From positions 1 to 64,000 of the forward strand of contig MU008181.1 in the NCBI GenBank assembly GCA_010909165.1: 64,000 nt of DNA, written 5' to 3'. The notes beneath the pieces were generated by a model. That model ran no database searches and was not told the origin of the DNA. It saw only the letters and a program-made list of their open reading frames with translations. Position 1 is the stretch's first letter; the number at the start of each line of letters is the position of its first letter. This stretch comes from Anthoceros angustus (taxonomy: Eukaryota; Plantae; Anthocerotophyta). The position numbers and the translations under genes were made by a program. Positions 1 through 9,699 of this stretch are shown here, in pieces.

Positions 1-30
1 CCTTATTTATCCTTCAATCCTAAGCGAAGC

Positions 31-360
31 CTACTTGTTCCCTAACTCCCGGTGGCATAGCCCGCGATAATCCCCACACATTCTTCTATCCTTCCATTCT
101 CCATTCTCATCTTTCTTGAGTGGCGGCCGGTAGGCTGCGACATATTGCGAGTTGACTTCTGATCGGCAGTGACCGCTCCTTGCATCGCTTGTCACGATAT
201 CCCACTCCACGGGACTCGGTTTATGTCTGCGGAACACGGGCTCGCCGGTGGTCGTGGTGATTTTGAACTTGATGCGATCATACCTCCCAACTCGGCCAAC
301 TAAGCCGAAGGTCCCTCGATTTCTGAGTAACATGTCTCGGATCCTCTGCCGTTCCACCGG
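31..360 (-). pseudogene. Ty3/gypsy reverse transcriptase, N-terminal fragment
   Basis: ORF 31..624 ends ...YRPPLKKDENGEWKDRRMCGDYRGL, matching the gypsy RT 'KK...R.C.DYR.L' motif. Confidence 0.85.
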
Positions 361-559
361 TTGTAAATCTTCACATATTTGCCAATCATCAACCGAGTTC
401 TCATGGTTCCTTTCCTGTGGCGGGATAACGGAGGCTGCCGTGTTGGCGACAAGCTCTTGCTTCTTAGGTGCGGATGAAAGTTCATCATTCCCGTGACAAA
501 TCAGCAGATGCTTCTCGCCATTCTTTCGACCCATGGCTATTTGTATGGCCAAACCTGTA

Positions 560-1460
560 GTGACTAACCACTGCATACAAGTCATGTCGAGCTTTGCCCG
601 ACCAACACCGGAATGATTCGACACGTGTAAGTACCACCTGCACCAAATCCCATGGCTCGTTCTCGCTCCGTTATTGTCGGCTCCCCCACTTCATTCCCCT
701 TTGTGTCCAGAACCATGCCTTCTCCCCCTTTCCTGAACGCATATGATTGCGCGGTCTTGACGAGTGTGGGCCACGCTCTCCTTGGCTTTCCCACCACGTT
801 TACTGGATAGTGGGGTAGTTTATCTTCCTTGCGTACTGGTTGTGACCGTCGTTTTGGGTCCAAGATGTCATCCACAGCGTTCTTACGGTACCATTAAGTG
901 ATGCCTTAGGGTTGTCACGCCCACATTGGTCCGAGCTCCGTGCCGATGTGCATATGAGCCGATGCCACGGCATCCACAATAAACTCTTCCCTAGCCAACA
1001 CGAGTTGCTCATATTGTTCGAACACTCTCACGCTATCGAAGGCACCACACATTTTCGGTAGATACGGGGGATGGGTTGGCCTTTGCACATCCCAAGATCC
1101 GGATGACCTCACGGCTAGTTCCATGCCTTTGCGAGCCACGGCCAGCTCGGAAAAAGTTTTACACTCCCATCCGCAATTAACATGTCCACTTTGCGTGTGG
1201 CTTCAATTTGACGTCTTCCTACCAACAAGATATCTGCAGGCAACCTGCTTTGGCATCCTTTGATTGCCTCTCGGCTCATCAACGCGGGGTACTCCATTCG
1301 CAGCCGAATGATCCTGGCCCTGGCCACCGCACGCGCCCTTTCGTCCAGCTCGACACATGTGTATTTCTTTACCCGAATGCCACTCCTCAATACTGCCTCC
1401 AACCCGCTGCTGATCCCGGAACAAAGCTCCATCAGATGGATGCCCCGTCCTTCCGCTTTC
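560..1460 (-). pseudogene. DNMT3-like C5 cytosine DNA methyltransferase domain within pol (frameshifted)
   Basis: Motifs in canonical order after manual frame correction: motif I MELCSGISSGLE (1397-1432); motif II region KKYTCVELDERAR; motif IV DMLIA-GWEC-x-x-F-F-RAG (GWEC at 1161-1172); motif VI ENV (1048-1056); motif VIII GSYAHR (943-960); motif IX TITERERAMGF (645-677); motif X-like VGRAKLDMTCMQWL (~566-607). Confidence 0.88.
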
Positions 1461-1849
1461 CACTGAATCACCTTATTGTTGATCCGCAACTCAGCCGGAT
1501 TCAAAGCCAGCATCTTCGGTAGGCTGTTCTCTGGACACGCGCGGGTTAAAGGGCGCTCCTGAGCCAGTCCTGGTCGGAGGTGTTCTCGTGTCAGCGCCTG
1601 CACCAATTGCCGAGTGTTCCTGACACACAAACAAGCAACCTTTTCGTAATCATCCGAAGTCTCTTCCCTCATCAATTCTTCGGTTTCCTCCCATATTTCA
1701 GCCACATGCGCTTCCCGCTCCACGGTGTAACGCTAATGGGCTGCCGGTTTTCCCAGTTCTCCTCATCTTGGCGGAATTACGGCTATGTCTCGAAAAGTCC
1801 CGTCCGCATCGCGGCTTTGTAGAATACTGCCAAGGTGTAATGGGTCTAC

Positions 1850-2110
1850 TCCCATTGCGGTCCATGTGTGGCGTCGGCGCCAGCACATCATAATTCCTTG
1901 CGTTAGATACCAAACAATGCACTTCAATAGCCGGCGCATCCTCGGTGCGGGCTTGAGCTCTATCGAATCGGATCCGTGTGATTCCCATCACTTGCTCCTT
2001 GGTACCGCGGACGTGGTGATCGCACCTCACATGGCCTTAGTTTGTCCCGTCGTAGGAGTGCCTTACGCACAAAAATAACTTTCTTGGATCCGCTGTATCC
2101 ACCAACACAC
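1850..2110 (-). pseudogene. Retropepsin-like aspartic protease of the gypsy element
   Basis: VLVDT followed, after a frameshift, by SGSKKVIFVRKALL (~2060-2106). Downstream VMGITRIRFD...IEVHCLVSNARNYDVL fits the retropepsin C-terminal pattern (ORF 1698..2030). Confidence 0.6.
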
Positions 2111-2679
2111 ATTAGGGCGAAACCATTCCGCAGTTACTTCTCGACCCGATTGTCCACCATGGCGACTCCTCCTTTTCCTCGAGCCGGTTTCAAGTGTTCT
2201 CCGCATAGGCTAGTGAACCCGGACATTACCTCGGCCTCGATGTGACTCTCATCCATGCATTGCCTTCTTGAATGGTTGCATTTTACTCCAAGGTCGCGCA
2301 AAGGCGACCATGGGGACATCCATAGCCTTCTCGATGGGAGCTCCACATTAGGCGTCCCACGGGGTGTTCGTGGGCTCGGAATCCTCCAACACGAATGATT
2401 TGGGCATTTTGAGTTGATTTCTTGCCCCAATTCTCTTCCCTTAATGACTTCCCCCATATCGGTATCCCTCCTTTGACCCCCCACGGTCATCAGCATACAT
2501 TTCTTGGTCCGACTCGTATTCTTCCAAGGCAACACGGCGTCCATTGGTGTGCCTACACTCATTTTGTTCAGCAATCGTGTACCTCAGCGAGTGCCTTCCG
2601 TGTGTAACCTCTCCGGTTTGTTTTGTTTTATCGGTTCCCGATCTCCACTTCCTTTGGGGTGCGAACTGGGTGAGCTGCC

Positions 2680-3600
2680 CGGCTCTGCGGCCTCCGTGTG
2701 CCCTGTCTTGGCGCAGGTCCTGCACACCTCCTTTTCCTTGGTCCCACCAATTCGATACTCGCACTCAAAGGCTTTGTGTGAGCCCACACGCCCCGAGCAT
2801 TTTGATTGCTGCCTTGGCGCTGATTGCGCTATTGGCTGGGCGCTCATGTGAATGCCAGCATTTCCTTGTGCACGATGGGAGCTCCTTCCTTGTATTCTTT
2901 GGGGTGCGTGGCATCTTTGGTGTCCTTGGAGATTGTGTTCTTCAATCGCCTTGGTCTGACATCTCCTCTCATGACCCTTTCGCCATTTCATAGCTGCTCC
3001 AACTCATAGTCTGCGCCATGTAGCATGTGGAGAAAGTTGGCAATTACCCTTCTCTGCCTTCACGGGAGGCGGCTATATAGATTTGTGCGGCTTCCCATGG
3101 TCTTTACTCGTGTGTCCTTCACCGGTGTCTTAATCTAGATATCTTGATCGAGGCTCACCGAGCTTAATGGTGAATCTGGACAACTCCACTGGATCTTCTC
3201 GATGGAGGACAGGAACATTTCCATGAACTTGTTGAACATTTCATCCACGAGAATGTGATGGCAGCCGCTTAAATCGTCTTGGACGATGTTCCCTCTTACG
3301 TCTCCCTTCAAAGCCCTTTTGGCTCTGTCGCCGCCAAGGATCGGGCATCTTGCAAAATCTGCTCCTTGGAGTCAGCGGTAACTGCGTAAGAGCCTCTCCG
3401 GCCAGAACGTGCTCATTTTCCTCGGGGCCATCTCGGGGTGAACTCAGGTTGTATTTGAGCACCATCTCATCAATCGCCCATCGAATTTCTCTTGAGTCGT
3501 GGCGACATGCTACGTGTCGACCCGTGGCGTCATTCTTACTCGGTCGGCTCATACTCCATCGACCTCGCCACGCTTTCTTCAAATGCTATAGTGCGGATTG
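2680..3600 (-). pseudogene. Gag with zinc-knuckle-like motifs
   Basis: CRTCAKTGH and CSGRVGSHKAFEC in ORF 2584..2991; helical gag-like EIRWAIDEMVLKYNL in ORF 3241..3582; lies upstream of the protease. Confidence 0.6.
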
Positions 3601-4381
3601 GGCTACGGTTCCACTCAAAGCGACGCCGCCTGCGCGCAAAGGGTGTTGAATGGTGGGGCTGCGAGCCGACAAAGTACTCTCGTTCGTCCGGCTGGCGTAA
3701 GAGCACCATTACGTGTCAATCCGCCCCTGCGTGACACTATATGCGGCATTGCGTCAAAGTTAGTATGATCCGCCGCTAGTCGGTCCTAGCCAAGCCAACT
3801 TGTCAATCACCTCCTCCCGGCCACGGTGGCGGGCTCTATCTCGCCAAGGCGGCTAACTTCGGCAATGGAGCGGCCATAAAGCGACAAGCAAAAATCCACG
3901 ATGTTCTCTTCCACGGTCCACCATCTACTTACTGGTTGGCATCCGTGGGCCCCTTTAGCTCGTCGGTCGTGCACAGGCGGTCCAGCGCGGGCCTTTCTCG
4001 TTGGCGGTTGCAATGTCAAGCTCCGAGAGAGGATTCTTGATGTGCAAAAACTCGTTGGCGTCCTTCGGGCACATTATCAAGCGTACAAGCGGCACAAGCT
4101 TATTTGGCGCTCTTGCAAGCACTCCATGACACCCTTCTCATTCGAGCCTCACACCACGCCTACACGGTATGGGTCTGTGCGCGAACAAACATGACAATCA
4201 CTTGTTCTCACGGATTGCGCCCTTGACCTCCTTGCTCGGCGCGTGGCCATTAATCATGGTGACTTGCTTGAGAGGCCGTGCGTCGTAATCCGTCGGGGAT
4301 CGTGATCTTCTTGGTGATTACGGCTCGGCCCTTCATCTTGACTGTCACGCTCCGTTCATAAGCGGAGATGGTTATGTGTTC

Positions 4382-7300
4382 TCATCCATGCCCATGCATA
4401 TGAGCATATGTCATCAATGCTATGAACATACGCCATAACCCAGTACCGTCGCATCCACAATCATCACATACATCAGCATCCATATTGCCAGCAAGGACGC
4501 TGCGAGAGGCGGCCCAAGAAAGGCGGAGGAAGCCGCGGGCGGAAGGGCCAGGACTTGGCCGAGCTTGACCCGGAGGCGAGAACCAAGCACAGGAGGCTCG
4601 GTGAAGGGCACGGAGGCGGGCCTCGGCCAAGGCAGACAGAGGGATCACTACGGCGAGGCAAGCCCGGTGGAGAGGCGGCGGGGTAGCCAGCCAACTGAAG
4701 GCGGAGGCGAGGCGCGGCCGAACAAGCATGCGATGATGTCCGTGAGGAGAGAGGAGGCTAGCACCGGGAGCTAGGGGACCTCCAGGAAATGCAGTACCAA
4801 GACAGGAGGAGCAGGCGCGAGGGAAGCTGAAAGGCGGGAAGGAGACCACAGACTCTTGCTTCATGTGAAGCCAGGCAATTCTCAAGGGAGGTGGGGATCC
4901 TGAGCAGGAGATAGGCGGCTCCGAGCTGTTGGAGGCGGAGGCAAGTCATCGGCGAAATCAAGAACAAGACATCGCCCGAGTTGGAGAAGGACTTGGAGAG
5001 GAAGCCGGGGAGGCCGGGCGGAGCTGCGGAGCACAGAAGGATGGTGGCCCTCAGGAGCAAGGATGGGCGGAGGAGAGAGCTCACGAGGAAGAGCAAAGTT
5101 CTTTGGTCGGTTGCGGAAGGCACAAGGAGAAAGTCGGTCCATGGCCCGGCCAAGTTAAGCCCGTCTGCTGCGGCGGAGGAGGAGCAAGCGAGCAGCGGAG
5201 GATTCAGGAAGTGGCGGAGGCGGCCTTGGCAGCCTCAAGGGACTCAGCTAGACTTTGGGCCCAGGTGACCTTGCGGCCGGAAACCGCCCGGCAGCAAACC
5301 GCCCCTCGAGGGTCGACTTCGACTTTGCATATTATCATGCGGAGCTCCTCAGAGTAGTTAGTGGCGCCCCTGAGAGCAAATTGAAGGGCGCCGGAAGATT
5401 CGGAAGGAGGAGGCGAGGGCACGGATAGTCATACAGGAACCACAGGCGTTGTTCGAAACAGCGGAAGGAGAACACCGGATGAGAGGATGCAGCGGACACC
5501 ACGACAGAGTTAAGTCATGCCGCACCTGAGGAAAAGGAGGGGTCCCAGGAGGAGAGGAGTCCTTCCAGCCTCTCCAGTCCCACATCGTCAGGATCACTCC
5601 ATGGCTTGGTGGGCGCAAGTCCTCGCGCTACGGACTTGATCTGGCGCGGAGGAGGCGGAGGGCTGGTGGGCACTGGACATTTTCCGGTATGGACCAGCGT
5701 CACCTTGAATCCAAGATGCATGGGAAGATGTGTAACAGGAGGGTCCCAGTCAGAACTCTGGGAGGACCCGGAGGTGGACCATGGAGGTCTGAGGCGATCT
5801 GCCGCCCGGGTGGAGAAAGTGGGAGGAGTAGTGGCGGGCCCCAGAGGTGAAGGGAAGGTGGGCGGTGACCCTCTTGCGACCCGAGGCATGATCCTCCAAC
5901 GGGTGGGCGATGCCGGACCTCACGGATGGAGAATGCGATTAGTGGCGAAGATTAGCGTCCTTTGGAATAAAGCTCACCAGGTGGACCACCTTGGGGATAA
6001 TCTGTTAGTGTTCCTCCGACTCTGAAGGAGAGGAAGCGCTTGGCCGTTAGGCGAGGATAATCTTGGCCCCGGATGGCAGGGAGGCAGAAAGGCCGAGGCG
6101 AAGCCACCCCTCCGAGGCGTGCTCGCGTTCCTCATTCATGTGTGGGGGCACATGAATCTCTGAAGGAGGGGAGAGGCGGGCACTACTGAGAAGGGCTGGC
6201 ACGCCCTACCGGGCGGAGAGAGAAGAAGGGCCTTGAGGAGGCCTAAAGGCCCGTCAGGTCAGAAGGTCGGTCCAGGAGGAGGGCCGGCAGGAGGGATTCA
6301 GACTCCTCGTGCAGGGCGGACCCCCTCGCCACCCGAGGGAAGTGTGGGAAGACATTCCAGCTTCTCTCCTGGTACAGTGCCCCCACCGAACTGGCCGTAG
6401 CGAGGAAGGGCGCCGCCACGGGACAAGCGGTGATTGCCTTCAACTCGGTGAGCCCAACCGACAACCCAACCGCAGTTGCGGTTCTTGAGCCCGTCGGACT
6501 CGAGGGAGCCGAAGAAAGCGAAGGTGGCGCCACCTGTGGCCCGAGGACCCGCGCCCGTGCCCATGCCTCTGCCAAGCGGTGGAAGGAAGGCGGAGGAGGC
6601 GTGCAATCGGCACGTCGGAAAGGGACGGCGGGAGGCCTTGAGGCGGAGGGCAGCGGCAGCAGCCCTGCAGGCGGCCCGTCATCCTAGCAACCCGGGAGGC
6701 GGAGGAGCCAGGCTCCACGGACCCCTTCACCACCTCCAGGAGGCCCAGGCCGGGAGAAGAGGCGGAGGGAAGGAGCTCATGACCAGGAGGGCCAAAGTAG
6801 GAGGCTCAGGACGAAGCACTGGGACGAGGTCTTGATTGGGTTCGGAGGCCGGTCCGGACTCCCTCCGGATTGCAATATGGGCGGTCCAGACGGATAGGGA
6901 GTCCGCTCCACAATGGACTTCACTGAGTATCTCCCGGTGGTGGCGTGGAAGAAACGAGGCGGGTTTTGGCTAATCATGGTCATAGACGGTATACTTTAGG
7001 TGATCTCTCTTGAGGCGGAAGACCCAGAAGTGAAAGCCACCCGAGAGGCGAAGAATGGTGGAACTCGAGAGGCGAAATAAGCCCAGCGGGTCGAGAAGGC
7101 GGAGTCAGCAGCAGAGTGGAGGTAAAACGCCAGGGCGGCGAGAGGCACAGGGTCCCGCCGGTGGGACAGGGGACGGGCGGGATCACATTTGGCGGTGGCA
7201 GTGAAGCGGCGAGCCTTGAGGAGGCCCAAACAGGCGAGACCTGCGCAAGCGGAGGGAGGTAGCGGAAGAGTCGGAGGAGGCCGAAGGCAGCGGAGAAGGC

Positions 7301-9690
7301 GAGACCTCGTCGGGGCAGCTCGGCAGGCGGCCACCAAGCACAGGAACTCTCACGAGGTGAAAAGGCGCGGAGAGGCGGAAGCGCCGCCACCAAGACCGGC
7401 CGAGACCCACTACAGGAGGAGGGCGAGGGAACCCGGTGGAGAAGCAGGCGAACACGTACGCCAATCTCAAGTAGAGCGGAACAGCTGCGGCCGAAGCGAG
7501 CACGGGCCGTGGGCGGGCGAGAAAAGGAGGCCTTGACAGCAGATGGAGATCTCCGGACCCGGTATTACCAGGAAAGCTTGGAGGAAGCGGCGGCAGCGAA
7601 ATGGAAGGAACGCAAAAAAACGCCTTGGAGCTCTGACTCAAGACCACGGCGGTTAATGACGGCATGGAGCCTCAGGAGTGATTGCAAACCACGGGCGAAG
7701 AATAGAAGCTCAAGCTGTTTGAGACGGAGGAGAGTTGGCGGCGATCAAGGAGTTGGACATCGCCGGTGAAGAAGGAGGCTGGGAGAAGCCGGGGCCGGTG
7801 AGATACCGGACCGCTGGAGAGGAGATGGCGGACCTCGGGGCAGGATGAGCGGAGGGGCGAGGGCTGCAGGAGAAGGCGGCGCGTCCAGGTGCAGGCGGAG
7901 GAAGCGGCTCCATGGCCCGACAAGGCGGTCGAGCTACAGCGACGGAGGGAGGAGCACGTCGGCGGCAAAGGCTGAGGGAGGTGTCGGAGGCAACCTTGCG
8001 GCCTCAAGAAGTCTGCCCGGCCGGTTAGCAAGCTGGCGGGCGAGCGGTTACGGGCGGACAACCGCCCGACTACGGAGCACCTGCGGAGGAGAATCTTGGT
8101 GCTCCGGGCCCATGTGGAAGAGGCAATTCAACAAGTCGATTCAGACTTTGCCTACTACCATGCGGAGCTCCTCAAGGCTCTAGAAGTCCTGCGCCACTCT
8201 TGGCAGATGGACGGACCCCCAGACGGGTCAGAAGGAGGAGCGAGGGAGGAAGGCCCCGGAGACAGTACGGCAACCGGGACCCTAGGAGCGCTATTCGGCG
8301 GCGCACAGGCGGAGAGAGCTGGAGGAGGCGAGCGAAGTTGACTGCGCTGAGGTAACCGCCGCACCCACGGTAGGAAGGAGGAGGGCCACAGGAGGCCATA
8401 GAAGGAATGGGTCGAGAACCACTGGACCAAGAAGGCGGTGGGTGAGATGAACCTTTGGGTAGTCACCGGCGAGGCGAGTCCGGACCACGAGGCCGGACTC
8501 GGGCCGGACCACGAGGTCCGGGAAGAAGGCCAGGACCTGGTCCGGACTCCGGAGACAGGACACGAGGTCCGGACTCGGGAGACGGACCACAGGTCGGACT
8601 CGGAGGAGAAGCCGGACCACGAGTCAGGACTCGGGAAAATCCGGACCCCGGTCAGGACTCAGTCAGACTAGACCTTGGGGTCAGACTCGGGAGGCGGAGG
8701 TCACCAATCACTTGCTCGAGCAGGCTATCTCTCGAGGCTGGCGAGCAAGGGCCCCCAGTGAGCGAGGCAGAGAGGGGAGGAGGAGGACTTGGTGGTGGCC
8801 CAGCCGTGGTCGGGGCCGCGCGGTGGCTCGGCAGCAGTCTCGGGAAGGAAGGGGCCCGCCTGGATCATCCGATTAGGTGCGCCCGCCCATGATTGTCGAG
8901 AGCTAATAGGGCTTCGCCCGGTATGGCGGAACGAGTGTATCCCACCGTGGCCAGGCGTAGATGGGGCGGAAAGGGGAAATAGTAGGCGGCGATTAGGGCA
9001 CGGCTGACCGCCATGTTTCGAGAATAGGAATGTAATAAAGAGCCGAGGCCTTGGGCGTAGTATAAGAGGCGAGTGCTCTAGTAAAGTATCTTTCTCTTGG
9101 TGTGGATACTGGCGTTTCTTCTAGACCCTCGTCGTCTTCTTCATGCGTGAGTCTGAGTCCGAGCGAGCACAGCACGGCTCCGGAGGCGATCCGGTCTAGT
9201 GAGCGGACCCTAACGTGTGGTGGTGTGTACGAGGCGGGCCAGATCGAAGATCCTTTTCGTCCAGGCGGCGGACCGGCGTTAGGCGGACGTGCGTGTGGCG
9301 GAGGAACTCGGGAAGGCGTGTAAACCCGGACGGAGAGGCGGCGAGAGCGACAGTCCGGAACCCGCACCGCTTTCCAAGAGCGATGAGCGTAGTAAGAATG
9401 GTGAGAGAAGCGGACTAGAGCAGGCGGTGGCGGTTGGAATGACCAATCACGGATCACGAACAAGTCCTTAAACGTTTGGCCACACCGGGCCTGTTCGATG
9501 ACGATACGAGTAGTTAGTCGTAAAATGGTGAACGCGTGTGTTTGAGTCTGCAAGCGGTCACGGCGTGGAGGTGAGAAGCGATTGACGCAGCGTGACGAAC
9601 TATCATTCTCTAGAAGCGGACTCCTTACTCAACAACGCGGGATTATGCGCGGCGCCCGGTGGCCGTCGGTAATCGCGCCACAATAACATA
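4382..9690 (+). repeat. Unclassified GC/purine-rich degenerate element with an internal peptide duplication
   Basis: GGAGG-rich broken + strand frames; DFAYYHAELL encoded at both 5321-5350 and 8144-8173; no RT, integrase or transposase motif found. Confidence 0.35.
8483..8670 (+). repeat. Imperfect tandem repeat, ~24-28 bp unit (CGGACCACGAGGTCCGGACTCGGG-like), about 7 copies
   Basis: Repeated cggaccacgag/ggactcggg blocks; translates as repeated PDHE/TDHR in ORF 8438..8671. Confidence 0.75.
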
Positions 9691-9699
9691 ACTTTTGCG

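Larger units (their letters stand above)
1..4380 (-). mobile_element. Degenerate Ty3/gypsy LTR retrotransposon with order gag - protease - C5 DNA methyltransferase - RT; runs off the left edge of the window
   Basis: Reading the minus strand from right to left: gag-like ORF 3241..3582; zinc-knuckle-like CSGRVGSHKAFEC and CRTCAKTGH in ORF 2584..2991; frameshifted protease; MTase motifs; then gypsy RT N-terminus (RQRIRDMLLRN...PVFRRH...KKDENGEWKDRRMCGDYRGL) in ORF 31..624. Many frameshifts. No LTR or PBS recognised. Confidence 0.85.

Noticed and set aside
560-1460. Host DNMT3/DRM gene that merely lies next to a retroelement
   Set aside because: No introns, no UBA/PWWP/chromo domains, motif order not permuted as in DRM, and the domain sits between protease and RT, sharing an ORF with RT.
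5500-6030. LINE ORF1 (DUF4283-like) or zf-RVT remnant
   Set aside because: LVAKISVLWNKAHQVDHLGDNLLVFLRL is only vaguely similar, and no endonuclease or RT motifs occur nearby.
8483-8670. CRISPR-like array
   Set aside because: Units are contiguous and degenerate with no unique spacers; eukaryotic context; no cas genes.
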